Notes: a model not told the origin generated them from the letters alone. Positions 27,542 through 38,081 are shown, numbered from the stretch's first letter. The stretch: 54,994 nt of DNA from an uncultured Candidatus Saccharibacteria bacterium (GCA_964345445.1 CAYFQT010000041.1:1-54994), one strand, 5' to 3'. A program made the numbers and translations.

Positions 27542-27934
27542 ATGAAAATTATCACTTCTTCTAAAAACCGAAATAAAAAAGGAAAATCAATCATATTACT
27601 AATTGTTGTTTTGTTAATAACAGCCGCCTCTTTCTATGGCGGCTATTATTATAAGTCTTGGGTGATACAGAAAAAAAAGAAGGATGCAGAAGAGAAAAGA
27701 GCACAAGCTTCTGTTAATGCAGAAATATATATTACTTCAAATATTAAAGAAACAACAATCATATTAGATGGAAAAGATACTGGTAAAACTACCCCAGCAT
27801 CCATAAATGACTTAAAGCCAGGTGTACATACAATCACTTTAACTCATGCTGATACATATCCTTGGAAGGCAGAAGTGGAATTAAAGGAAAGGGAATTTAT
27901 AACTGTACAAGCTGAAATGAATGAGAAAGATTAA
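27542..27934 (+). CDS. PEGA-domain membrane protein
   Basis: TM helix then LDGKDTGKTTP...GVHTITL. Confidence 0.8.
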   Translation: MKIITSSKNRNKKGKSIILLIVVLLITAASFYGGYYYKSWVIQKKKKDAEEKRAQASVNAEIYITSNIKETTIILDGKDTGKTTPASINDLKPGVHTITLTHADTYPWKAEVELKEREFITVQAEMNEKD

Positions 27935-27991
27935 TATGAAGAATAATTATTCTCCTTTATAACTAAAATATAATTAAAAAAGGAGAAAAAA

Positions 27992-28387
27992 ATGAATAAA
28001 AAGAAATTATTATCTCAAAAAGGAATTACAATAAGCACTAACGTGGCTATAATATTTGTTATTCTTTCATTTGCCTCTATGGCTTTCTATTGGGGTTCTT
28101 GGTTCAGGTCTTATCAGGCAAGACAACCAAAAGAGGTAGAAAGTATTGAAGATATTGAAGGTACACCAATAGAAATCAATATCTCCTCTGAGCCTTCTGG
28201 AGCTCAAATAATATTAGATAACAAAGATGTTGGAAAAACAACACCAGCTTTGTTATCTGGCCTGCAGTATGTTTCACATAAAATATCCTTAACCCATGAT
28301 GAAGCGCAGGATTGGACTGGAATGTTAGGAACAATGGATCCTCTGACAAAAACTATTACCATAAAGGCAAACATGAACAAGAAATAG
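27992..28387 (+). CDS. PEGA-domain membrane protein with pilin-like leader
   Basis: SQKG|ITIS leader; SEPSGAQIILDNKDVGKTTP. Confidence 0.8.
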   Translation: MNKKKLLSQKGITISTNVAIIFVILSFASMAFYWGSWFRSYQARQPKEVESIEDIEGTPIEINISSEPSGAQIILDNKDVGKTTPALLSGLQYVSHKISLTHDEAQDWTGMLGTMDPLTKTITIKANMNKK

Positions 28388-28393
28388 TATATT

Positions 28394-29257
28394 ATGCAGA
28401 TTATTAAGAATATAAAAGATAATATTAAATCCAATAAATATTCTGGTTTCACTCTAATAGAACTATTGGTAGTTGTTTCTATTATTGGAATATTAACATC
28501 TATTGTTTTAATTGCTTTAGGAAATGCCAGAGAAAGGGCTAAAATTGCCAGAGCAAAGACATTTGCTCATAATATTCAAAGTGGTCTTGGTGATGAATTG
28601 GTAGGTATGTGGAGGCTTGATGAGACAAGCGGAACAACAGCTTCTGATAGTTCAGGTTATGAAAATCATGGAACATTAGGAGATGGCACCTGCACACCAG
28701 GAGTAGGAACCTGTCCTGTTTGGACAACAGAAGGTATTATAAGAGATGCATTAAGCTTTGATGGCGTTGATGATTATGTAATGGTACCAAACAGTTCAAG
28801 TTTGGATATTACTGATACGATTACAATTGAAGCATGGGCAAAAAGAAATGCAGATATGACAAACTGGGCCCGCATTGTTGCTAAATGGAATTCATGGTTT
28901 ATTTACGAAGATGCAGGAAGTTCAAATATTGGCGGGTATCTGAAAGCAGGGGGAATAGATAACTATGCCGGTTTTGGCCCTGCAGGATTAAATACCTGGC
29001 ACCATTATGCATTAACTTATGATGGCACACAGTTAATTCCTTATATCGATGGAAATATTAAACCTGCTTTAAACGTTACTGGATTAATCGATAATACAAA
29101 TAACTATATTTCCATTGGTTCAGAACAAACTTGGGCTAACTGGAATGGCGCTATTGATGAAGTTCGTATTTATACTCAGGCTCTTACTGCTTTTGAAATC
29201 CAACAACATTATGCTGAAGGTGTAGATAGGCATAAGAATGTTGTTTTGGAAAAATAA
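28394..29257 (+). CDS. Type IV pilin with LamG-like jellyroll domain
   Basis: [34 protein letters not shown]. Confidence 0.9.
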   Translation: MQIIKNIKDNIKSNKYSGFTLIELLVVVSIIGILTSIVLIALGNARERAKIARAKTFAHNIQSGLGDELVGMWRLDETSGTTASDSSGYENHGTLGDGTCTPGVGTCPVWTTEGIIRDALSFDGVDDYVMVPNSSSLDITDTITIEAWAKRNADMTNWARIVAKWNSWFIYEDAGSSNIGGYLKAGGIDNYAGFGPAGLNTWHHYALTYDGTQLIPYIDGNIKPALNVTGLIDNTNNYISIGSEQTWANWNGAIDEVRIYTQALTAFEIQQHYAEGVDRHKNVVLEK

Positions 29258-29355
29258 ATAGACAAAACATATATTTAGAAATAAAGATTTCAAATTATTC
29301 TTCAAATTTGATATAATTTAAAAGAGGATGAGAATCCTCTTTTTATTAATAATAT

Positions 29356-29427
29356 AGCGGGGTAGAGCAATGGAAGCTCGTCGGGCTCATAACCCGGAGG
29401 TTGAGGGTTCGAGTCCCTCCCCCGCAA
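29356..29427 (+). tRNA. tRNA-fMet (initiator, CAU)
   Basis: A1:A72 mismatch; three G:C pairs in the anticodon stem. Confidence 0.9.
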
Positions 29428-29501
29428 GGCAGGGTAGCTCAGTTGGTTAGAGCGCGGGACTCATAAGCCCGAGGTCGTGGGTTCGACCCCCACCTCTGCC
29501 A
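29428..29501 (+). tRNA. tRNA-Met (elongator, CAU)
   Basis: Cloverleaf with GGCAGGG/CTCTGCC acceptor; abuts tRNA-fMet with no spacer. Confidence 0.85.
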
Positions 29502-29821
29502 CGTCGGAATAAACTTTCAAGCTTTCGCCCCGAAAGCTTTCGGGGCTCTCGTTCTCCGTTCACTCCTCCTTTTTCGTAAAATAGCTTTCGCATTTTTAAG
29601 AGTATAACTTCTTTTTTAGCTTGTTTTTCCTCTTTCGTGAAAATGTTAAAGCCATTTTCTTAGTTGAAATAATCAATTTCCGACTTTCGTAAATTTGCAA
29701 AATAAAATCATATATAAAGTTAAAACTAAACAGAAACAAACTTCAAACAAAAAACAACCTAAGGGGGTTGTTTTTTCAAATTGTTCTTTGACAAGAGAAA
29801 ATAACAAAGGGGTTGAATAAG

Positions 29822-30778
29822 ATGGAAAAGGTTGCTTTTGTTTTTCCTGGTCAAGGTTCTCAATATATTGGAATGGGAGCTAGCTTAATTGGAGTTTATC
29901 CTCATATAGCTGGTAGAATTTTTGCTCAAGCAGACGAAATATTGGGTTATCTAATCTCTAAGGTTTGTTTTCAAGGCCCTAATGAAGATTTAAACAAAAC
30001 TATCCATGCTCAACCAGCAATGTTTGTTGCCAATTATATCTGTTTAAAGATATTAGAGGAAGAAAAAGATATTATACCCTATTTTGTAGCTGGCCATAGT
30101 CTGGGCGAATATTCAGCCTTGGTGGCAGCTAAAGTTATTACTTTCGAAACTGGATTGAAAATAGTTCAAGAAAGAGCTTGGTTAATGCAGCAAGCTACCA
30201 AATATCCAGGAGGAATGGTAGCCGTGATAGGGAAGGAAGGAATTGACCAGAAAGTAAAGGATTTTCTATTATTCGATTTTGATTTTGAGGTTAGAATTGC
30301 CAATTTCAACTCACCCAATCAGGTAGTTATATCAGGTTCTGAGAAGGAATTACAGAAGGCGATTGAAGAATTAAAAAAGAAGAAAATCGCTAAAAGAATC
30401 GTAAGACTTAAAATAGATGGAGCCTTCCATCACCCAATATTTATGAGAAAAGCTAATATCAAACTTAAAAAAGTATTGTGCAGGACACATTTTTCTAAAG
30501 CAAAAATACCTATAGTTACAAATAGTAATGCTGACATTCTTGTCAACCCCCAGAAAATTAAAGAAGCCCTATTAGTCCAGATGATTTCCCCTGTTCTTTG
30601 GGAGAAATCAATAAAATCTATGATTAGAGAAGGAGTTAATACTTTTGTGGAAGTAGGGCCAAAAGAGGTTCTCTCCCGACTGACTAAAGAAATTAATCCA
30701 GATTTAAAAACGCAAGCAACAGAAAAACCAGAAAAAATGGAAAAAACAATCAAGTATCTTCGAGAAATAAGGGGATGA
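29822..30778 (+). CDS. fabD: Malonyl-CoA:ACP transacylase
   Basis: FPGQGSQ, GHSLGEY, NFNSP.Q.VISG, GAFH, EVGP. Confidence 0.9.
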   Translation: MEKVAFVFPGQGSQYIGMGASLIGVYPHIAGRIFAQADEILGYLISKVCFQGPNEDLNKTIHAQPAMFVANYICLKILEEEKDIIPYFVAGHSLGEYSALVAAKVITFETGLKIVQERAWLMQQATKYPGGMVAVIGKEGIDQKVKDFLLFDFDFEVRIANFNSPNQVVISGSEKELQKAIEELKKKKIAKRIVRLKIDGAFHHPIFMRKANIKLKKVLCRTHFSKAKIPIVTNSNADILVNPQKIKEALLVQMISPVLWEKSIKSMIREGVNTFVEVGPKEVLSRLTKEINPDLKTQATEKPEKMEKTIKYLREIRG

Positions 30779-31299
30779 TGAATATGAGTCTCTGGAATAG
30801 ATTTTGGAATCGATTTAGTTCTATTCCTAGTGCAAATCGAAAAAAAGTTTCAGATATTGATTTAGATTATTGGAAAAATCGGGGCATTAGATTAATTCTA
30901 ATTGATTGTGATAATACTATTTGTAAATATAGAGAAGAGGGTATTCCTAAAGAGATAGCAAATTGGGTAAAGAAAGCTAAAAAGAAGGGTTTTAAGATTG
31001 TAATAATCTCCAACAACAAAAAGAGTAGGGTTAGACAAGTGGCAAAGGATTTAGATGTGGGATATATTGCTTTAGCTTTCAAATTTTTAATTTTTCGTTT
31101 GAAATTAGAAATAAAGAAAAATAAAGTTAGCCCAAAACAAACCCTTGTTATTGGAGATCAAAAATTAATGGATATCATCCCAGGAAATATCATAGGAACA
31201 TATACGATTTTGGTTAATCCTCTTTCTGAGAAAGACGCTTTTTTAACTAAAATAATATCTAGGAAATTGGAAAAGTTATTTTTAAAGGAACAGTTTTAG
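30775..31299 (+). CDS. YqeG-family HAD-IIIA phosphatase
   Basis: DCDNT, ISNN, IGDQKLMDI. Confidence 0.85.
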   Translation: MMNMSLWNRFWNRFSSIPSANRKKVSDIDLDYWKNRGIRLILIDCDNTICKYREEGIPKEIANWVKKAKKKGFKIVIISNNKKSRVRQVAKDLDVGYIALAFKFLIFRLKLEIKKNKVSPKQTLVIGDQKLMDIIPGNIIGTYTILVNPLSEKDAFLTKIISRKLEKLFLKEQF

Positions 31300-31303
31300 G
31301 GAG

Positions 31304-31867
31304 ATGAAGGAAATGAAAATAGGCCTAGTTTCTGATCATGCAGGGTTTGTTGAAAAAGCCAAAATTATGCTTATTTTACAGAAAATATCAAATGAAGACA
31401 ATGGTTTGGGCCACATTGAATTTGAGGACTATGGTCCTCATACTCTTAATCCTTTGGATGATTATCCTAATTTTTCTAAACTGCTAGCAACCAAGATTCT
31501 TTATAAAGAATGTATCAAAGGAATTGCGGTATGTGGTACTGGGATTGGTATGAGTATGAATTTAAACAAAGTGCCTGGAATTCGGGCAGCTTTGTGCTAC
31601 TCAGAAGAGGCAGCTAAAAAAGCCGCTTCCCATAATAACGCCAATATTATTTGTTTGCGAGGCGATATGGAAGAAGAGGAAGTGGAAAAGATAATCCTAT
31701 CATGGCTTACAACTCCTTTTGATATCTCAGGAAAAAATATAAGACATCTACGTAGGCTTAAAAAGATGGAAAAAGGTGAAGGTCAATATTTGTGGCGAAG
31801 GTTTAAAATCAGAATCAAATATATGTCTAATTTCATATTTAGAAAAGATCTGGGGCGATCAATATGA
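31304..31867 (+). CDS. rpiB: Ribose-5-phosphate isomerase B (RpiB/LacAB family)
   Basis: SDHAG, DYP, CGTGIG, HNNAN, RH.RR. Confidence 0.85.
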   Translation: MKEMKIGLVSDHAGFVEKAKIMLILQKISNEDNGLGHIEFEDYGPHTLNPLDDYPNFSKLLATKILYKECIKGIAVCGTGIGMSMNLNKVPGIRAALCYSEEAAKKAASHNNANIICLRGDMEEEEVEKIILSWLTTPFDISGKNIRHLRRLKKMEKGEGQYLWRRFKIRIKYMSNFIFRKDLGRSI

Positions 31868-32019
31868 GTTTAACAAAAATATTATATTCCAATCTCTTTG
31901 TTTATAAAGGCGATTTTGGAGATATAGGTTCTCTAACTGTATTAGTATTGGTAATTATATTCCTATTCATTGGAGGACTATCAGTAATGGGTAAAAAAAT
32001 GAGGTGGTGGAAATGGTAA
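31864..32019 (+). CDS. Small single-TM protein (51 aa, absent from the ORF track)
   Basis: ATGA overlap with the rpiB stop; MSLTKILY...LVLVIIFLFIGGLSV...RWWKW; terminator at 32027-32073 follows. Confidence 0.55.
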   Translation: MSLTKILYSNLFVYKGDFGDIGSLTVLVLVIIFLFIGGLSVMGKKMRWWKW

Positions 32020-32183
32020 ATAGCAAAGGCCACTTGGTTTTATTAAAAAACTTACCAAGTGGCCTATTTTTTTGCTTAAAAACTGATACAATAGAAGTGA
32101 GCTAGTTATTAGTTATTAGAATATTAGGGCATTAGAATATTGGAGTATTATATTATTAAGTTATAAGTTGCTAAGAATTATAT

Positions 32184-33629
32184 ATGCTGCAAACAAAGGT
32201 AAAAAATACGGTCAAAAAATATAAGCTTATCTCTCCAGGCAATAAAATTGTAGTTGCTACCTCTGGAGGGCCAGATTCAGTATGCTTATTGCATATACTT
32301 TGGACTTTAAACAAAGAACTAAGAATAAAACTAATTGTGGTTCATCTAAATCATGGTCTACGAGGCAAAAATTCAGATGAGGATGAGAAGTTTGTAAAAG
32401 AGTTAGCTAAAAAATTAAACTTGCCATTTTTTAGCAAAAAAATAAATTTATTCAAAAAGAAAGGAAATTTAGAAGAGGTTGCTCGCCAAGCTCGTTATAA
32501 ATTTTTGATAAAAGTGGCCAAAAATCACAAAACTGATAAAATTGTCACTGCTCACACAGCTGATGATCAAATTGAGACTGTTTTGATGAATATACTTCGA
32601 GGAACAGGCTCAAGAGGACTTTGTGGGATGAAATATATCAGTCTACAGTCTAGGGACTACCGACTACAGTCTATCTGTAGACAGCTGGCAGTAGACCATA
32701 GACCAGTAAAAATTATCCGGCCTTTTTTGGATATTTGGAGATTAGAGATTGAAGAATACCTAAAGAAAAATAAAATCTCTTTTAGAATTGATAAATCTAA
32801 TTTTGATTTAAGATTTACTAGAAATCGCATTCGCCATAAATTAATCCCCGCTTTAGAGAAAGAAAATCCTCAATTTAAAAAGATGTTTTTGAAAAAAATA
32901 AAGAATTTTCAGAAGCAATATAAAAATATTTTAGAAAAAGCCAGAAAAGAGCTATCCGTTATTTGTCATATGTTATCAGGTAAAGAAATTTCTTTAGATT
33001 TAAACAAACTTAATAGATTAAGTCCAAACATCCAATCAGAAATTTTAAGATTAGCTATTGAAAAATTAACTGGTAATTTGAAAAATATTACAGAAATTAA
33101 TATTAAACAATGTTTAAAATTAATAAAATCTCAAAGAACTGGGTTACAGCTTCATTTGCCAAAAAGATTGAGAATTTTCAAAGATTATGGTAAAATATAT
33201 ATTAGTCTACCGACTAAAGTCTACAGACTACAACCAATAAAAAAGAAAATTTTACAAATTCCTAGAATTACTGATATAACTGAAATTAACACAAAAATTA
33301 AATCAACGATATTAAAAAAGAAAGTTGGTAGACAGTTAGCAGCAGACAAAAAAATTGCTTTTTTAGATTATGGTAGGTGTGGGGGGAAACTATATATCCG
33401 AGCCTGGGGAATTGGAGATCGATTCCAACCTTTAGGAATGAAAGGGACAAAGAAATTGCAAGATTTTTTTACTGATTGTAAAGTTCCCAGGAGATTTCGG
33501 AGCCAAATTCCTCTTGTTGTAACAGACAATGACCAAATTGTCTGGGTAGCTGGATTTCAGATAGATAATCGTTTTAAAATTACTAATAAGACAAAAAAAA
33601 TATTAAAATTGGAAATAATATCAGCATAA
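32184..33629 (+). CDS. tilS: tRNA(Ile)-lysidine synthase
   Basis: SGGPDS, HLNHGLR, AHTADDQ.ET, RNRIRH; adjacent to ftsH. Confidence 0.95.
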   Translation: MLQTKVKNTVKKYKLISPGNKIVVATSGGPDSVCLLHILWTLNKELRIKLIVVHLNHGLRGKNSDEDEKFVKELAKKLNLPFFSKKINLFKKKGNLEEVARQARYKFLIKVAKNHKTDKIVTAHTADDQIETVLMNILRGTGSRGLCGMKYISLQSRDYRLQSICRQLAVDHRPVKIIRPFLDIWRLEIEEYLKKNKISFRIDKSNFDLRFTRNRIRHKLIPALEKENPQFKKMFLKKIKNFQKQYKNILEKARKELSVICHMLSGKEISLDLNKLNRLSPNIQSEILRLAIEKLTGNLKNITEINIKQCLKLIKSQRTGLQLHLPKRLRIFKDYGKIYISLPTKVYRLQPIKKKILQIPRITDITEINTKIKSTILKKKVGRQLAADKKIAFLDYGRCGGKLYIRAWGIGDRFQPLGMKGTKKLQDFFTDCKVPRRFRSQIPLVVTDNDQIVWVAGFQIDNRFKITNKTKKILKLEIISA

Positions 33630-33644
33630 TCAGTGGAGAAACTT

Positions 33645-35480
33645 ATGAAAAAAAATTGGAGAAAAAATATCATATATTTTACAATAATTCTACTTGTTTT
33701 CCTAGGCATTTATGCTTTTTTAGGCCCTTTTGAATATGGAGCAGAAGAAGTACCGGTTTCTCAAGTAGTAGAACAGGTTAAAAATAACGAAGTACAGGAA
33801 ATAATTCAAGAAGGTGAAAAATTAAAAATTACTTTAAAAAATGGACAAAAGGAATCTGCTCAAGTTAATAAAGATGAATCAATTACTTCTATTTTAAAAA
33901 ATTATGATGTTGATTTTTCACCAGATAAAGTAAAGATAAACGTTAAATCAACTTCTGGAAATGACATTTGGATCGCTCTTTTATCCGGGGTTTTACCCTT
34001 TATTTTAATTATTGCTTTCTTTTGGTTTATGATGCGTCAGGCTCAAGGAGGAGCTAATCAAGCCCTTTCTTTTGGCCGCTCTCGCCCTCGATTGGCTAAT
34101 TTAGAAAAAGAAAGAATAACCTTTAATGATGTAGCTGGTGTAGAAGAAGCAAAACTGGAATTAACAGAGGTAGTGGAGTTTCTACAACACCCTCAGAAAT
34201 TTTTATCCATTGGCGCTCGTATTCCTAAGGGAGTTTTGCTTATGGGCCCTCCAGGATCAGGAAAGACCCTTTTGGCTCGGGCTGTGGCCGGGGAAGCAAA
34301 AGTTCCTTTCTTTTCTATCTCTGGTTCAGAATTTGTAGAGATGTTTGTTGGGGTAGGAGCTTCTCGCGTGCGCGATTTATTCAATAAAGCCAAAAAGAAT
34401 TCCCCTTGTATTTTATTTATTGATGAAATTGATGCTGTAGGCCGACAAAGAGGGGCAGGATTAGGGGGGAGCCATGATGAAAGAGAGCAAACTCTAAATC
34501 AAATTTTGGTGGAAATGGATGGTTTTGAAACTGATGCCAATGTGATAGTTATGGCTGCAACTAACCGCCCTGATGTCTTGGACCCCGCTCTTTTGCGTCC
34601 AGGTAGATTTGATAGAAGAGTAATTTTAGATATGCCTGATATAAAAGATAGAGAGTCAATATTAAAAGTTCATATAAGAAAAAAGCCTGTGGCTGCTGGA
34701 ATTAATTTGTCTAAGATTGCTCAACAAACTCCAGGATTTTCTGGGGCAGATATCCAGAATTTAGTTAATGAAGCAGCAATTTTATCTGCTAGAAGGAATA
34801 AAAAGAAAATAGGAATGCAAGAATTTAGAGAGGCCATAGAAAAAGTCCTCCTAGGCCCAGAAAGAAAAAGTCGCTTGCTTTCCCAAAGAGAGAAGAAAAT
34901 TACTGCCTATCATGAATCTGGTCATGCTTTAGTGGCTAAAATGCTTCCTCACTGTGATCCAATACATAAAGTTTCTATTGTGGCCCGAGGAATAGCTGCT
35001 GGATATACTTGGAGCCTGCCAGCAGAAGATATCCATATTTATTCTCGCTCTAAATTCGAGGATGATTTGGCTTCAATGTTAGCCGGGAGAACAGCAGAGA
35101 AATTGATGTTTAGAGAAGTAACTACAGGGGCAGAAAATGATCTCCGTCAAGCCACAAGATTAGCTAGGAAAATGGTCACTGAATACGGAATGTCAGAAGA
35201 ATTGGGAGCAATGACTTTTGGGCATAAAGAAGAATTGGTATTTCTAGGACGAGAGCTTGGTGAACGGAGAAACTATTCAGAAGAAGTAGCAGCTAAAATT
35301 GATGATGAAGTGCGTAATATTATTGAAAAAGCCTTGAGGAGAGCCTCTGATATTTTAAGCAAACATAAGAAAAAACTTAAACAAATTGCTGAAAAATTGA
35401 TTGCTGAAGAGACTATTGAAGAAGAAGATTTCAATAAATTATTCAAGGGAATAAAAATACCTAAAAAAGCAACAGCATAA
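33645..35480 (+). CDS. ftsH: ATP-dependent zinc metalloprotease FtsH
   Basis: Two TMs, [12 protein letters not shown], second region of homology, HESGH. Confidence 0.97.
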   Translation: MKKNWRKNIIYFTIILLVFLGIYAFLGPFEYGAEEVPVSQVVEQVKNNEVQEIIQEGEKLKITLKNGQKESAQVNKDESITSILKNYDVDFSPDKVKINVKSTSGNDIWIALLSGVLPFILIIAFFWFMMRQAQGGANQALSFGRSRPRLANLEKERITFNDVAGVEEAKLELTEVVEFLQHPQKFLSIGARIPKGVLLMGPPGSGKTLLARAVAGEAKVPFFSISGSEFVEMFVGVGASRVRDLFNKAKKNSPCILFIDEIDAVGRQRGAGLGGSHDEREQTLNQILVEMDGFETDANVIVMAATNRPDVLDPALLRPGRFDRRVILDMPDIKDRESILKVHIRKKPVAAGINLSKIAQQTPGFSGADIQNLVNEAAILSARRNKKKIGMQEFREAIEKVLLGPERKSRLLSQREKKITAYHESGHALVAKMLPHCDPIHKVSIVARGIAAGYTWSLPAEDIHIYSRSKFEDDLASMLAGRTAEKLMFREVTTGAENDLRQATRLARKMVTEYGMSEELGAMTFGHKEELVFLGRELGERRNYSEEVAAKIDDEVRNIIEKALRRASDILSKHKKKLKQIAEKLIAEETIEEEDFNKLFKGIKIPKKATA

Positions 35481-35724
35481 AGATTGTTCAAGGTATTCAA
35501 AATGTCTGCCCTGAACCGATTTTTTGGTCCCGGGTTAAATTACCAGCCCCTTTATGGGGTTTTTTGTTATAAAATTTTAGATCTCCGTCGCCTCTATAAA
35601 ATACTCTCTTTTTTCTTTGTCCAAATTCTCAGAATATAGTGAAAAATCTAATAATTACTTTTACTGAATTGTTTAAATTTATGATATTTGTGATAAAATA
35701 ATATAAGTATAGATTAATTATAAT

Positions 35725-37344
35725 ATGAAGAGTTTTATGGAAAAAGTTGTAATTAGAAAAAAAATAGCTTACGCTACTTTGTTTTTGGCCTGTGCTTCTG
35801 TGGGAAGCAACATTTTAGGTATGGTCAGGGACCGTATTTTTGTTTGGCGCTTTGGAGCTGGTGATGCCCTAGATGCTTATTATGCCGCTTTTAGAATCCC
35901 TGATTTAATTTTCACTCTATTGGTTTTAGGTGCTTTGTTCTCTGCTTTTATTCCTGTATTTACAGAATATATAAGTAAAAAAGAAATAAAAACCGCTTGG
36001 ATAATTGCTAATACTATAATAAATATAACAATTACCTTCCTCTTTTTAACTGGAATTTTTATTTTTATCTTTACACCCCAGCTAATAAGTATAATTGCCC
36101 CTGGTTTCCAAGCTAATTCAGACAAAATGGCAACGACGGTTGCTCTCACCCGACTTATGCTTATCTGCCCTATTCTTTTTGGCATTTCTAATATTATTGG
36201 GGGAATCTTAAATTCATTTAAAAGATTCTATGCTTATGCTTTGGCTCCAGTAATGTATAATTTGGGTATTATCTCTGGAGCTCTATTCTTGGTTCCTAAA
36301 TTTGGTGTCTATGGTTTGGCTTATGGAGTGATTTTAGGAGCTTTTTTGCATATGGTAATTCAAATCCCTGCTGTCCTACAAGTTGGTTTTCGTTATCATC
36401 CCCACCTAGATATCAAACACAAAGCAGTAAAACAAATTGGCAAATTAATGATTCCTCAATCTATTGCCTTAGGAGTAGCCCAGATAAAACTTATTGTAGA
36501 TACAATGATTGCCTCTATATTAAGAACAGGGAGTGTAGCTATTATAAACTTGGCTAATAATATTCAGACAGTGCCCACAGTCATTTTCGGTATTTCTTAT
36601 TCAACAACAATCTTTCCTAATCTGGCAGAGAAAGCCTCTTTGAATAAACTTAAAGAATTTGTCGATGATTTCTCTTGGGCTTTCCGTCAAATTGCTTTTT
36701 TAATTATTCCTTCTTCTTGTGGTTTGATTTTGCTTCGAGCTCAAGTTATACGATTGGTCTTAGGAGCGGCTAAGTTTACCTGGGAAGATACACGACTAGC
36801 AGCAGCAACTTTAGGATTCTTTGCTATAAGCCTTATAGCTCAGGCTACAGTTCCTCTTTTGGCTCGTTGTTTTTATGCTGTGCAAGATACTAAAACTCCT
36901 TTGATTTTTAGCCTTATTTCAGTAGCTGTTAATATAGTGGCTGCTTTAGCCTTGGCTTCTTATTTTGGAGCTCAATATGGAGTAGCTGGTTTGGCTTTGG
37001 CATTTACTATTGCTTCTTTTGTAAATATGTTCTTGCTCTTTTGGGTCTTACATAGCCGACTTGGAGAGTTAGACGATATTCGTATTATTAACTCCTTAAT
37101 TAAAATCTTAATAGCTTCTTTGATTATGAGTTTTGCTACCCAAGGAGCAAAATATGCAATTGCTCCACTGGTTAACATGGAAAGAGGTTGGGGTATAGCT
37201 GTACAAACTCTTGGCAGTATAGCAGTTGGCGTTACTGTTTATTTTACAGTCGCTTTAGTTTTGAAATGTGAAGAAATTTCCGGGGTTAAAAAAGTATTTA
37301 GAAGATTTAAACCAAATAATGGTAAAATAAATAACAAAAAATAA
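35725..37344 (+). CDS. murJ: Lipid II flippase
   Basis: GMVRD, DAYYAAFRIPD, SAFIP, FYA.QDTKTP; multi-TM. Confidence 0.93.
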   Translation: MKSFMEKVVIRKKIAYATLFLACASVGSNILGMVRDRIFVWRFGAGDALDAYYAAFRIPDLIFTLLVLGALFSAFIPVFTEYISKKEIKTAWIIANTIINITITFLFLTGIFIFIFTPQLISIIAPGFQANSDKMATTVALTRLMLICPILFGISNIIGGILNSFKRFYAYALAPVMYNLGIISGALFLVPKFGVYGLAYGVILGAFLHMVIQIPAVLQVGFRYHPHLDIKHKAVKQIGKLMIPQSIALGVAQIKLIVDTMIASILRTGSVAIINLANNIQTVPTVIFGISYSTTIFPNLAEKASLNKLKEFVDDFSWAFRQIAFLIIPSSCGLILLRAQVIRLVLGAAKFTWEDTRLAAATLGFFAISLIAQATVPLLARCFYAVQDTKTPLIFSLISVAVNIVAALALASYFGAQYGVAGLALAFTIASFVNMFLLFWVLHSRLGELDDIRIINSLIKILIASLIMSFATQGAKYAIAPLVNMERGWGIAVQTLGSIAVGVTVYFTVALVLKCEEISGVKKVFRRFKPNNGKINNKK

Positions 37345-37398
37345 AAAAATCTTATACAGACATAAATTATAAATTTTGATATATTTTGATATTTTGAT

Positions 37399-37432
37399 AT
37401 AACACTATTGTGCCATGGCACAATAGTGTTAT
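37399..37432. repeat. Perfect 34-bp palindrome with TTGTGCCATGGCACAA core (related: 37613-37644, 43435-43467)
   Basis: Read directly from the sequence. Confidence 0.9.
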
Positions 37433-37782
37433 TTTTTGAGATATTAATCTTCAACCAATATTGTTAATAACCAATATTGCTAATAATATTAAAATTTTTA
37501 TATACTTGTACAAGGACGGATCTAGTATAAGTTACTTTCACCCCTTGTTTCCACCTCCGAGGTGGAAAAGCCAACTCGAAGGTGTTTTTTAGTAATTTTA
37601 TAACTCACATGCCTCACTTTTTGTGCCATGGCACAAAAAGTGAGATAAAAATTAGCAAACAAAAAATGGATAAACAACTATAACTAATCGAGATGATCTA
37701 AATAAAAATAAGGCTAAGGATTTTTAAAATAGATTTGATCATTACAATAAAGTAATGTCTTGTCTATCCCCTTAGCCTTTTG

Positions 37783-37856
37783 TGTTCCGGACAGGATTTG
37801 AACCTGTAGCCTCTTTAATTTTACATCAAAGCGCTCTTCCCTTGAGCTACCGGAAC
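37783..37856 (-). tRNA. Atypical tRNA-like gene with enlarged anticodon arm; identity unclear
   Basis: GTTCCGG TA GCTC AAGGGAA GAGC G CTTTG ATGTAAAAT TAAAG AGGCT ACAGG TTCAAAT CCTGT CCGGAAC A. Confidence 0.7.
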
Positions 37857-37873
37857 TGTTTTTTATTCTGTTG

Positions 37874-38068
37874 TTACTCTCTCTCTGCCGACTCCTGCTG
37901 AAGTTGATATATAATTTTATCAGCTTCTCTGCTTGAAGGAGAAGGCACTTTTTTATCCAGCCATGCGGAAAAACGAAACATAGCCCAAAAAACAAGTGTG
38001 ACAAGAATTACTGCAAAAATAACATACAATACAGCCCCTGCCTGGTTTCTCGCTTCTGTCTTAATCAA
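37874..38068 (-). CDS. Small membrane protein with possible class III (prepilin-like) leader
   Basis: AAGGAGG RBS, TTG start, RNQAG|AVLYVIFAVILV. Confidence 0.65.
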   Translation of the reverse strand: MIKTEARNQAGAVLYVIFAVILVTLVFWAMFRFSAWLDKKVPSPSSREADKIIYQLQQESAERE

Positions 38069-38081
38069 CTAAATGCCTCCT

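Noticed and set aside
37714..38004. 96-aa minus ORF
   Set aside because: Artefact of reading through the tRNA-like gene in another frame.
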